DNA of 64,000 nucleotides from Longimicrobiales bacterium. GTDB taxonomy: Bacteria > Gemmatimonadota > Gemmatimonadetes > Longimicrobiales > Gaopeijiaceae. Each line of letters opens with the position of its first letter. The first letter of the stretch is position 1. The notes under the pieces are model-generated. The model saw only the letters and a list, made by a program, of their open reading frames with translations, had not been told where the DNA came from and searched no databases. This document shows, one piece after another, positions 48,759-58,066 of the stretch. The stretch covers positions 3,616,001 to 3,680,000 of the forward strand of contig OZ220732.1 in the NCBI GenBank assembly GCA_965116905.1, read 5' to 3'. A program made the translations under genes and the position numbers.

Positions 48759-50138
48759 TCAGGGGCGGCGGCCGTCCCGCGACCACGCCGGACCCTGGCA
48801 GTTGCAGAGCGTGCGGATGTAGGCGACCAGCGACCGGATCCGACCGTGGTCCAGCGATTTTCCGAACCCGGGCATGCGGTGGCTCTTGCCCAGAATCCAG
48901 CCACCCGCGTGGATGCCGTCGTACAGCGTATCGTCGGGTCGAAGGGACATGGCCGCCGAATCGGAATGCGCGACCGGGGGGACGGGCATGAACGGCGCGT
49001 TGAAGCCGTCTCCGCCACCCTGCACGCCGTGGCAGGTTGCACAACGCGACAGGTAGAGCGTCTCGCCCGTCTGTAGCGTGGCGGACACGGCGGGCGGGGT
49101 GGGCGCGGAGGGCAGGGCGGGCATTCCCGGGACGGGATCGCTGCCGGTCCACGCCGCCTCCCGGCCAAGCAGGAAGGATGCGATCAGATCGAGCCGGTCC
49201 GGCTGCTCCAGCGACCCCGGCATGACGATGTCGGCCGCCAGATGAGCCGGGTCCTCGATCAGCGAACGCACGTACCCTGGCTGAAGCCGATGAGCGATGC
49301 CATCGAGGCGGGGCCCGATCCGGCCGCCGTCGTCACCGAGTTGATGGCACCCCAGGCAACTCCATCGATCCCGCAACAGCGTCTCGGCCTTATCCATGGA
49401 GAACGCAGACAGTTCGGCCGGCTCCCACGGCGCTGCGGCCGAGGCCGAGCGTGCCATCAGATACCCGGAGATCGCGTTCACCTCGGCGGACGCCAGGCGG
49501 AAATCGGGCATTTGCCCGCCGAGGCCGGGAACAGGCCCGGAGGGGCGGATCGTCACCGGGTCGGACAGATACCCGGACAGCCAGTCCGCAAGCACCCTCG
49601 ATCCCTGGAAGCTCAGGTCGGGCGCGCTGCGGCGCGGTGCCACCTCCGGGTGCGCGTGGCATCCGGCGCAGTTCAGGGTTTGAAACAGGACCCGGCCCTC
49701 GGCCCGATCCGCGTCCGGGTGACGGGCCCGCGCCGCGAGAAACGCATCGTCGACACCTCTGAGCTCGCGCTCGTTCGTAACAAAAAGCGCGAGGGCCACA
49801 CGCTCCCGTTCCGTCAGGTCGTAGCGAGGCATGCGCGCCGGCGCGATGTCGGGCCGGATCGTCTGTGGATCGGCCATGTAGTGGAAGATGTAGGCCGGTG
49901 CCAGGGGCGCGGCGCCTTCTCCCATCGCGGGCGTTACCCGACGGATGTCCTCCGCTTCGGGGACGCCTTCGTGACACGCGCCGCATCCAAGCGACGCCAC
50001 CAGCCGCTCCCCGTCCGGTTGGGCCGGTTGGGGCCACGGTCCGGCCGGCGGCAGCCCCTCGGTGCCGGCAGACAACACCCCGGCCGCCAGCACGGCCACG
50101 CCGCCGATTGTCCACCGAACCACCCTTCGTGCTCGCAT
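48759..50138 (-). CDS. Periplasmic tetraheme c-type cytochrome
   Basis: CGACH, CAGCH, CLGCH and CATCH, each followed by an MP motif; N-terminal signal or anchor. Confidence 0.85.
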   Translation of the reverse strand: MRARRVVRWTIGGVAVLAAGVLSAGTEGLPPAGPWPQPAQPDGERLVASLGCGACHEGVPEAEDIRRVTPAMGEGAAPLAPAYIFHYMADPQTIRPDIAPARMPRYDLTERERVALALFVTNERELRGVDDAFLAARARHPDADRAEGRVLFQTLNCAGCHAHPEVAPRRSAPDLSFQGSRVLADWLSGYLSDPVTIRPSGPVPGLGGQMPDFRLASAEVNAISGYLMARSASAAAPWEPAELSAFSMDKAETLLRDRWSCLGCHQLGDDGGRIGPRLDGIAHRLQPGYVRSLIEDPAHLAADIVMPGSLEQPDRLDLIASFLLGREAAWTGSDPVPGMPALPSAPTPPAVSATLQTGETLYLSRCATCHGVQGGGDGFNAPFMPVPPVAHSDSAAMSLRPDDTLYDGIHAGGWILGKSHRMPGFGKSLDHGRIRSLVAYIRTLCNCQGPAWSRDGRRP

Positions 50139-50152
50139 GAAAGCCCGACCCG

Positions 50153-50689
50153 TCAGTGAAGGTAGAAGAGTTGAACGGCCCAGTACGGTACCATTCCCAC
50201 GAGGGTTGTCACCACTGCCCGCCAGGTCCCGAAGCCCATGGTCCGGCGCAGCCCCGCCGTGCCGGCCACGAGCACCCACCCCTGCGCAGCCAGATGGATC
50301 CCGCCAACCAGCGGTGTCAGGGCCGCGAGAACGCCCGGCGCCCTTGCAAAGCCCAGGACGCGAATCAGCGCTCCCCAGTCGGCGCGGCCCCCCAGGATCT
50401 TCCCGCCCACGACGTAGGCGATGCCCGCCCAGACCCACCACTGCAGAATGCCGGCGGCCGCGGCCTGTGCCATCTCCAGCCATCCCAGCGGGTAGTCGGT
50501 GCTCGCCACCGCCAGCGAGGCAAGAACGACCACGCAGGCGGCCTGGACGGTGGCACGCCGATCTTCGGCCACCTCTTCGTACACGCTCCCGTCCAGGAGC
50601 GCCGCACCGCGGATCCTGGCCCAGACGCCTCTGCGGACGGCGTCGCCGCGACCGGATGAATCCGACGCCTTGTTGGAGTCGACGGACAT
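50153..50689 (-). CDS. YIP1-like membrane protein
   Basis: YEEVAED..AT.QA and LIRVLGFARAP; several TM segments. Confidence 0.65.
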   Translation of the reverse strand: MSVDSNKASDSSGRGDAVRRGVWARIRGAALLDGSVYEEVAEDRRATVQAACVVVLASLAVASTDYPLGWLEMAQAAAAGILQWWVWAGIAYVVGGKILGGRADWGALIRVLGFARAPGVLAALTPLVGGIHLAAQGWVLVAGTAGLRRTMGFGTWRAVVTTLVGMVPYWAVQLFYLH

Positions 50690-50735
50690 GATGGGAAAGA
50701 TGGGGTCAGCCCGTGCAAGCCGCCAACACCGCCCG

Positions 50736-52505
50736 GTGAACCCGTTCCTCCGGCCTGTTGCGCGCACGGATCTCCCCGCAAACTTCGGGGTTGCCACGAA
50801 CACCCTCCCCTCCAGACCCCGCAGCCTTCCGATCGCACACGACATCAACACCCTCCCGGCCCGGCTCGCACGACCCTCCTGCTCCGACCGAACGGCCCTG
50901 ATCGACGGCGGGGGCAGCTGGACCTACGCCGACCTGCTGGCCAACGCGACCACGGCCCGTGACCGCCTGATGGAAGCAGCGATCTCGGGCCCATCCGCGG
51001 AACCGGCATACGCGAGCCCCTCCGCTGCGCCGCGAGGGTCGCCCGACGCACCCCTGGCCGGCGAGCGCGTGGCCTACCTGATACCGCCCGGAGCAAGCCA
51101 CGTGGCGGTGCAGGTGGGCGCGTGGCTGGCGCGAGGCGTCGCGGTGCCGCTGGCGGTGTCGCATCCGCCCCCGGAGCTCGAGTACGTGCTCGCCGACGCC
51201 CAACCGCGTGTCGTCGTGCTGGATCCGGCGCTGCCGCACTCGTCCGCGCTGGCCGCCGCCGCGTCGGCGCGGGGCATTCCCGTGCTGGAAGCCCCCGACG
51301 GAATCTCCCTGCTCCAACCCGGCTCGCACCCGGATGGCGCCGACGCGCCCCCACCCCACCCCACCGACCCCACACACACCACCCGCCCCGCCGACCCCGC
51401 CTTCATCATCTACACCAGCGGCACCACGGGTCGGCCCAAGGGAGTCGTCACCACCCACCAGAACCTCGCGGCCCAGATCACCGCGCTGACCACCGCGTGG
51501 GCCTGGCACGAGAGCGACCGCATTCTGCACACCCTCCCCCTCCACCACGTCCACGGCCTCGTCAACGCCCTGGCCTGCGCCCTCTGGTCCGGCGCCGCAT
51601 GCGAATTCGGCCCGGGGGCGCCGGCCGCCACCTGGGAGCGCTTCGCGTCCGGCGGCATCACGCTGTTCATGGCGGTGCCCACGGTCTACGCCCGCCTGAT
51701 CCGCGCCTGGGAGGACGCTCCACGCTCCACGCGGCAGCGGTGGGCGCGGGGGGCGCGGCGGCTCCGCCTCATGGTGTCGGGTTCGGCGGCGCTTCCCACG
51801 GCCGCCTTTCACCGCTGGCGGGAAATCACCGGCCACACGCTGCTCGAGCGGTACGGCATGACGGAGATCGGCATGGCGCTCTCCAATCCGCTGGAGGGCG
51901 AACGCCGTGCGGGGCACGTGGGGCATCCGCTGCCCGGGGTCGACGTGCGGGTCGTCGACGGCGAAGGGCGGCCGGTCGCCGCGGGCGGCCAGGGCGAGAT
52001 CGTCGTCCGCGGTCCTCAGGTCTTCCGCGAGTACTGGCGGCGTCCCCGGGAGACCGGCGCGTCCTTCCGCGACGGCTGGTTCCGCACCGGTGACGAAGGA
52101 CTGGTGGGCGACGAGGGCTACCACCGGATCCTCGGACGGCGCAGCGTGGACATCGTCAAGACCGGAGGGTACAAGGTGTCGGCGCTGGAGGTGGAGGAGA
52201 CCTACCGGACGCACGGAGCGATCCGCGACCTTGCCGTGGTCGGCGTGCCGGACCCGGAATGGGGCGAGCGGATCTGCGCGGCATGGGTCCCGGCGGACGG
52301 CTTCGGCACAGTCGACGGGCCGGCGCTACGCGCGTGGGGCAAGGAGCGATTGGCCCCCTACAAGGTGCCCCACGACTTCCTTCCGGTCGGCGATCTGCCC
52401 CGCAACGCGATGGGGAAAGTGCGAAAAGACGCCGTCTCCCGCATGTTTACGCGGCCCGACGCGCCGGACCCCCAGCCGACCCAGCCGAACGAGGAGCCCG
52501 CTTGA
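50736..52505 (+). CDS. Acyl-CoA synthetase, malonyl-CoA synthetase (MatB/ACSF3)-like; start uncertain
   Basis: YTSGTTGRPKG, LPLHHVHG, ERYGMTE, GWFRTGD and PRNAMGK. Confidence 0.85.
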   Translation: MNPFLRPVARTDLPANFGVATNTLPSRPRSLPIAHDINTLPARLARPSCSDRTALIDGGGSWTYADLLANATTARDRLMEAAISGPSAEPAYASPSAAPRGSPDAPLAGERVAYLIPPGASHVAVQVGAWLARGVAVPLAVSHPPPELEYVLADAQPRVVVLDPALPHSSALAAAASARGIPVLEAPDGISLLQPGSHPDGADAPPPHPTDPTHTTRPADPAFIIYTSGTTGRPKGVVTTHQNLAAQITALTTAWAWHESDRILHTLPLHHVHGLVNALACALWSGAACEFGPGAPAATWERFASGGITLFMAVPTVYARLIRAWEDAPRSTRQRWARGARRLRLMVSGSAALPTAAFHRWREITGHTLLERYGMTEIGMALSNPLEGERRAGHVGHPLPGVDVRVVDGEGRPVAAGGQGEIVVRGPQVFREYWRRPRETGASFRDGWFRTGDEGLVGDEGYHRILGRRSVDIVKTGGYKVSALEVEETYRTHGAIRDLAVVGVPDPEWGERICAAWVPADGFGTVDGPALRAWGKERLAPYKVPHDFLPVGDLPRNAMGKVRKDAVSRMFTRPDAPDPQPTQPNEEPA

Positions 52506-54049
52506 TTCAGGCAATCCTGGACAACCTGCGTACCTACTGGATCGTCCACGCGCTCCTGCTCGTGTACACGATCCTGCTCGCCTACCACGCCTGGCACGGG
52601 AACCGCAAGACGAGCGGCGTCGCCGACTACTTCGTCGGTGGACGCTCCATGGGGCCCATCGCCATCGGACTCTCGTTCTTCGCGACCTATTCCAGCACCA
52701 ACTCGTTCGTCGGATTCTCGGGACAGGCATACGACTGGGGGGTCACGTGGTTCCTGCTGGTCCCCGCCGTGGTCGGCTTCTCGCTGTTCGCCTGGATCGC
52801 GGTGGCACCGCGGCTGAGGACCTTCACCGAATCCCTCGGTTCGCTGACGATCCCCGACTTCATCGGCTTCCGGTTCGGCAGCACGTCCGCACGCGTGCTC
52901 GCGGCCCTGATCGTCATCTTCGCGTCGTTCTTCTACATGACGGCGGTGTTCAAGGGAATCGGGAATCTGCTCGAAGTCTTCCTCGAGATTCCGTACCGGA
53001 CGGCGATCATCATCGTCTTCTTCATCGTGATGATCTACACGGTGGTGGGCGGCTTCATCTCGGTGGTGAAGACCGATGCCGTGCAGGGCGTGGTGATGAT
53101 CGTGGCGGGCATCCTTCTCTTTCGCGGGGCCGTGGCGGCCGCGGGCGGACTCGATTCCGTCGGCGCGTTGGCGAACGACCCGTCCACGGAACCCCTGCTG
53201 CGATGGGGCGGCGGCGTGTCCGTACCGCTCGCCCTGGGGGTCGTGTTCGCGGGCACCGTCAAGTTCGCCGTGGAGCCGCGCCAGCTGTCGCGCTTCTATG
53301 CGCTCGAGAGCCGGGCGGCGATCCGGAAGGGCGTGTGGGTGTCCACTGCCGCGTTCATCCTGGTGTATTCGCTTCTGATCCCGGTCGGCCTGTACGCGCG
53401 CAACATCATTCCCGGCGGTCTGGCCGACACCGACCTGGTCGTGCCCCGCCTGCTCGCCGCCCCGGAGGTCTTTGCCGCCGGCACGAGCGCCTTTCTTCTC
53501 CTGGCCATGGTCGCGGCGGCGATGTCGTCGCTGGACAGCGTGCTCCTCGTCCTGGCGTCGACCGTGCAGCGGGATCTGGTGGGCGTGGCCTTCGGAGCGG
53601 CCTCGGAACGCGGCACCCTGACCGCTACCCGGTGGTACGTCGCCCTGTTCGCCCTCATCACCGCCATCATCGCGCTCAACCCTCCCGACGGCGTCGTGGC
53701 CCTGACCGCGTTTTCGGGAGCCGTCTACGGTGCCTGCTTCGGTCCCGCACTTCTCATGGGGCTCTACTGGCGGAGGGGCAATGGGACCGCCACCGTGGCG
53801 TCGTTCACCGTCGGGCTTGCGGTGCTGCTCCTGTGGACCCGTCTCCCGGGCACCGACGGCATTCACCAGGTCTTCCCCGGCGTCGCGCTCTCGTTCCTGG
53901 TGTACTGGGCGGTGGCGAAATGGACGCCGGCGTACAAGTCAGCGGAGATCGACCGTCTCTTCGCGGCCGAGAGGCGAGGCGGGGGGCCAGGAGGCGAGGG
54001 GTCAGGGGGTGGGGGGCCAGGGAGCGAGGGGCGTCGCAGCTCAGTGTGA
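52502..54049 (+). CDS. Sodium:solute symporter (PutP/PanF-like)
   Basis: DYFVGGRSMG, STNSFVG, VVKTDAVQG and AAAMSSLDS; the TTG start overlaps the ligase stop. Confidence 0.88.
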   Translation: MIQAILDNLRTYWIVHALLLVYTILLAYHAWHGNRKTSGVADYFVGGRSMGPIAIGLSFFATYSSTNSFVGFSGQAYDWGVTWFLLVPAVVGFSLFAWIAVAPRLRTFTESLGSLTIPDFIGFRFGSTSARVLAALIVIFASFFYMTAVFKGIGNLLEVFLEIPYRTAIIIVFFIVMIYTVVGGFISVVKTDAVQGVVMIVAGILLFRGAVAAAGGLDSVGALANDPSTEPLLRWGGGVSVPLALGVVFAGTVKFAVEPRQLSRFYALESRAAIRKGVWVSTAAFILVYSLLIPVGLYARNIIPGGLADTDLVVPRLLAAPEVFAAGTSAFLLLAMVAAAMSSLDSVLLVLASTVQRDLVGVAFGAASERGTLTATRWYVALFALITAIIALNPPDGVVALTAFSGAVYGACFGPALLMGLYWRRGNGTATVASFTVGLAVLLLWTRLPGTDGIHQVFPGVALSFLVYWAVAKWTPAYKSAEIDRLFAAERRGGGPGGEGSGGGGPGSEGRRSSV

Positions 54050-54067
54050 ACGCCCCGGCGCCGCCCC

Positions 54068-55276
54068 TCAGCGCGCGACCAGCACCCCGTCCCGCACCCA
54101 GACCTCCCCGCCCACCGCCACCGTGGCGTCGGTGAAGAAGTTCCAGCGAACGTATCCTCCGCCGACCGCCCCGCCGAGTTCGGTATTGTCGCCGAGCGAG
54201 AGCCTCACCACCCCGGCGCCGTACCCGTAGTACGGGATCCATTCCTCTCCGTCGGGAATCGCGAGCAGCGGATTGAATCCCACGGCAAGCTCGCGGAACG
54301 TGCGTCCCGCATCGCCGGCGGCATCCATCTCCGCGATCACCCCCTCCCTGCCGTTGTCCGCCTCCACCTCGACCACACGGCCCTCCTCGAAGCTCAGCAC
54401 CAGTCCGTCGACCGCGCTGCCACCCCACTGCGCCGGCGGAAAGGCGATCCTCCCCTCGACGGTCGCCAGCACCGGCGATACGCGCGCGGCCCCGGCGGGG
54501 AGCTCGACTTCGCGGTCGATCAGGTTCCGGGCCTCGGCCATTCGCGCCGCCGAGGCGTCCCCGTCCTGGCGCGTCACCGGCCGGTCGGCCACCTCGAAGC
54601 TGATGTCGGTGCCGGCTGGAGTGGTCACCCTCACCACCCCCTCGCGCAGCGCGGCCTCGAACGCGTTCAGCGTCGCGGCCAGCGCCTCGTAGTCGGTCTC
54701 CAACAGCGCCCTCTGGTACACCATGTCGACGTTGGCGTCCACGGGAAGCTCCTCCATCCCGAAAGAGGTCGCCCCGGCCCAGTGAAAGTGCACGGTGCGG
54801 GCGCGATCCCCGCGCAGCACATCCTGCATGGCGCGGTAGACGTCGTATTCGACGTCGGGAGAAGGCGTGGCGCCCGGGAGCTTGATCGCGAGATCCACAT
54901 CGGCCAGCGCGGTCCTCCAGCCGTCCGGATCCGGACCGAGCGCCGTTGCGAACTCTGCCGGCTCCGCACCGGGGAGCGGTGCCCCGAAGATGTCCACCGC
55001 GCCCAGGTAGTCGGCTCCGGCCTCCCGGATCCCTCCGCTCAGCAGGGGCAGAATCGCGTCCCAACGGGTCCCGGGCTGTCCCATCAACAGCACCCGCTCA
55101 CCGGGTTGCGGCGCAGCGCGATCCATCACCGAGGCGGCGATGGCAGGAATGTCGAGCGTCTCCCCGGCTCCCGCGTCGGCGTATTGCCCGGATTCGGGGC
55201 CGCACGCACCGGCCGCGAGCAGGCAGGTGAGTGCGGTGAGCGCAGAAAGCGTCGTTAGATTTGGCTGGCGTGGCAT
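54068..55276 (-). CDS. Lipoprotein with an M29 aminopeptidase-like fold
   Basis: LAAGAC lipobox; VTTPAGTDISF, ELPAG, LSFEEGRVV, ELAVGFNP and LSLGDN. Confidence 0.7.
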   Translation of the reverse strand: MPRQPNLTTLSALTALTCLLAAGACGPESGQYADAGAGETLDIPAIAASVMDRAAPQPGERVLLMGQPGTRWDAILPLLSGGIREAGADYLGAVDIFGAPLPGAEPAEFATALGPDPDGWRTALADVDLAIKLPGATPSPDVEYDVYRAMQDVLRGDRARTVHFHWAGATSFGMEELPVDANVDMVYQRALLETDYEALAATLNAFEAALREGVVRVTTPAGTDISFEVADRPVTRQDGDASAARMAEARNLIDREVELPAGAARVSPVLATVEGRIAFPPAQWGGSAVDGLVLSFEEGRVVEVEADNGREGVIAEMDAAGDAGRTFRELAVGFNPLLAIPDGEEWIPYYGYGAGVVRLSLGDNTELGGAVGGGYVRWNFFTDATVAVGGEVWVRDGVLVAR

Positions 55277-55411
55277 CGGGACGCGTCCTCCGGGCCGGTT
55301 GTCGTTGTTGCGGGGTCGTTGTTGCGCGGTGGTCGTTGCACGTTGGTCGTTGCGGGGGGAACGTACACGACCCAGGATAGTACTTCAAAGGCGGAAAGAC
55401 AGAGGCCCTGT

Positions 55412-56272
55412 ATGCAATTCAGAGTGGTCGCGTGCGTGCTGGCGGTCCTGGCGGGCTCGCTCCCGGCGTGGCAGGGGGGCGTCGCCCAGACGGTACGGGG
55501 CACCGTGACCGACCCCGTCTCCACGCGTCCCGTCGGGAATGCGCTGGTCGTGCTCGTCAACGAAGCCGGCGAGCGCGTGGCCAGCGTCCTCACCGACGAC
55601 GGGGGCACCTTCGCGATCGACACGCCGGGCAGCGGTTCCTACATGCTGGGCGTCGCGCAGATCGGGTACCAGCACGCGATTTCCCCGCAGCTCGCGGTGG
55701 GCACCGAGGACGTCACCGTCGACATCCTGCTCCCCCCGACGCCCATCACGCTCGACTCGCTCACGGTCCGGTCAACCCGCAACACTCCCGACGCCGGGCG
55801 CCTGCGGGGCCTCCTGACGCAGGAGCGCCACCGAGGCACGCTGGTCGGGCGGCTGACCCGCGCCGAGATCGAGTCGAGAGGACCCCGCAGCGACCTGGTC
55901 TCGCTCCTGGCGACCATGAACATCCCCGGGCTCCGCGCGCGCCGCATGGCGCTCTCCACCGGAGCTCCCGAGACCGGGCTTTGCGTCGAATTGGGGCGGA
56001 ACCGCTCGGTCCTGAACAAGACGAGCAGCCGGCTGACCGGCCCGCGGGATCAACTGGGCTTCGCCAACGAGGACGACATCGCCGCGCGCGCGGGCGCTTG
56101 CGCCATGATGGCGGTCGTCGTGGACGACGTTCCCGTGCCGGATCCTGCGCAGGTCCTCGGAAGCATCACGCCGGCGGATCTGGAAGGCCTGGAGGTCATA
56201 CCGCCCCTGGAAGCACTCGCCCGCTACGGTGCCCGTGCGGCGAACGGCGCGCTGCTCCTCTGGACGCGCTAG
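55412..56272 (+). CDS. Exported protein with carboxypeptidase-regulatory-like and TonB plug-like domains
   Basis: QTVRGTVTD...TDDGGTF...IGY; C-terminal DLEGLEV...RYG...NGALLLWTR. Confidence 0.75.
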   Translation: MQFRVVACVLAVLAGSLPAWQGGVAQTVRGTVTDPVSTRPVGNALVVLVNEAGERVASVLTDDGGTFAIDTPGSGSYMLGVAQIGYQHAISPQLAVGTEDVTVDILLPPTPITLDSLTVRSTRNTPDAGRLRGLLTQERHRGTLVGRLTRAEIESRGPRSDLVSLLATMNIPGLRARRMALSTGAPETGLCVELGRNRSVLNKTSSRLTGPRDQLGFANEDDIAARAGACAMMAVVVDDVPVPDPAQVLGSITPADLEGLEVIPPLEALARYGARAANGALLLWTR

Positions 56273-56320
56273 GGCCGTAGGGCCGGACGCGCGAGCCCGC
56301 GGACGGGTCTGCCGCCGGAA

Positions 56321-57127
56321 CTACTCCTGCTCGCCGTAGAGGAGCATGATCACCCCGCTCCCATCGTCTTCCCGTCCGGCCACCACGGAGAGCTTCCGCC
56401 CCTCGTCCTCGCCCGACGTCACCTCCAGGCGTCCACTGTGGGGACCCACGACCACCACCGACGTCTCGTATCCCGCGTCCTCCAGCCGGTCACCGTACCA
56501 GGCGACGACGTCACCAGCGGCCGCGTCGGTGGTCAGCATCACGGCGCCCGACCGCCCCGAATCCGTTCGCTTGGAGAACAGCACGTCCTGCACTCGCGCG
56601 CCGGGATACACCGGAACCCAGTTCGGCAACTCCCGGGCCTCGCCGCCGGTTCCCAGCCGCACCTCGCCGTCGGGCGTGTCTATGTGCAGGAAGCCGCCGT
56701 CACTGTCTCCACGGAGCTCGATCCGGGTCTCGCCGTCGGCCGTCCGGAAGCGGATCCGCCCGCCGGACTCGTCCGCTTCGCCTTCGAATCGAACGCCTTC
56801 CCGGATCCGGTCCACGGCCTGGGCAAGGTCCACCGTGAGCACCTCGCCCTCGTCGCCGAAGCGCAGGGTTACCTGTTGCGCGCTCTCGTCCGTCGCCACG
56901 ACCGTAACGTCCTCGGCGAACGTTTCGGCCATCTCCGCAAAGGCCTCCGCCGGATTCTCGCGGAAGTCGACAGCCCTGTCGGACGCCTTGCGCACGAACA
57001 ACAGACCGACGACGAATAGTGCCGTCATGCACAGCGCGGCACACCCCGCCACCACCACCATGATCTTGGCCAACGGCGACATTCCCCGCCGGTCGTAACG
57101 AGTCGCTTCTGAATAGGGATCGGACAT
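56321..57127 (-). CDS. Membrane-anchored hypothetical protein
   Basis: N-terminal TM and LPNWVPVYPGA motif; GGAG SD. Confidence 0.7.
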   Translation of the reverse strand: MSDPYSEATRYDRRGMSPLAKIMVVVAGCAALCMTALFVVGLLFVRKASDRAVDFRENPAEAFAEMAETFAEDVTVVATDESAQQVTLRFGDEGEVLTVDLAQAVDRIREGVRFEGEADESGGRIRFRTADGETRIELRGDSDGGFLHIDTPDGEVRLGTGGEARELPNWVPVYPGARVQDVLFSKRTDSGRSGAVMLTTDAAAGDVVAWYGDRLEDAGYETSVVVVGPHSGRLEVTSGEDEGRKLSVVAGREDDGSGVIMLLYGEQE

Positions 57128-57239
57128 GAGTTGCTCTCCGGGTCTTCAACTGGTTGCACGCACCTGATGTTACGTGAGATCGAAGCGGTTTGTTTCGCGG
57201 CACGCCGCCTTCCCCGCGCCCCTTGCACCGCCTGGGCCC

Positions 57240-58049
57240 ATGCAGTGTGAAGAGCCCCGGCAGCAGGGGTTGCGGGCAGGCGAATGGCTCCGCGCTATCC
57301 GCCGGACGGTTGCGGTGTTCACGTGGACCACGGCCATCGCCGCGGCGATGCTTACGGCGTGGTTGCCCACGCTCGCGATGCGGGCCGCGGGGCCGTCCCT
57401 TCGATCCCGGATACGGCGCCGCGCGGTCGGTACCTGGGGGCGGGGGATGATGCTCGCCACCGGCGTCCGCGTATCGACCGAGGGCAAGCCGCCGCCGGAG
57501 GGCGTTCTGGTCGTCTCCAACCATCTCGGCTACCTGGACATCGTGGCCGTGAACTCCGTCGCGCCCACGGTCTTCGTCTCCAGGGCCGATGTGCGACGCT
57601 GGCCGTTCTGGGGAGCCATGGCGGCGCTGGGCGGCACCGTGTTCGTCGACAGGGCCCGGAAGCGCGACGTGATCCGTGTAAGGCGCGACATGGAAGCCGC
57701 CCTGGAGCGTGGCGACCGCGTCCTGGTCTTCCCGGAAGCCACCACCACCGACGGGTCGGCCATTCGCCCGCTGAAGCCGGCTCTTCTGGCGGGCGCCGCC
57801 GAGCGCAACCTGCCCGTCTACTGGCTGACGATATCCTATCGAACGCCCCCCGGCGGCCCTTCGGCCCGCGACCGGGTCTGCTGGTGGCAGGGGATCGGCT
57901 TCGTGCCGCATGTCCTGGCGCTGTTCGGACTCAAGCGCGTCTATTGCACCATCCGTTTCGGGGACGCGGCCGTGCGCGCCACGCATCGCAAGGAGCTCGC
58001 GGAGGCATTGCGCACCCGGATGCTGCAGCGATTCGAGCCGGTCGCCTGA
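57240..58049 (+). CDS. Lysophospholipid acyltransferase (PlsC family); start uncertain
   Basis: SNHLGYLD (HxxxxD), VFVDR and VFPEATT. Confidence 0.88.
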   Translation: MQCEEPRQQGLRAGEWLRAIRRTVAVFTWTTAIAAAMLTAWLPTLAMRAAGPSLRSRIRRRAVGTWGRGMMLATGVRVSTEGKPPPEGVLVVSNHLGYLDIVAVNSVAPTVFVSRADVRRWPFWGAMAALGGTVFVDRARKRDVIRVRRDMEAALERGDRVLVFPEATTTDGSAIRPLKPALLAGAAERNLPVYWLTISYRTPPGGPSARDRVCWWQGIGFVPHVLALFGLKRVYCTIRFGDAAVRATHRKELAEALRTRMLQRFEPVA

Positions 58050-58066
58050 TGCGAAAGGACTGAGCC

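Noticed and set aside
56270..56285. Second 8-bp duplication (TAGGGCCG x2) as a footprint of the same element as in fhs
   Set aside because: The units resemble each other only after rotation, and no IS ends or transposase are present; it is counted only in the general duplication pattern.
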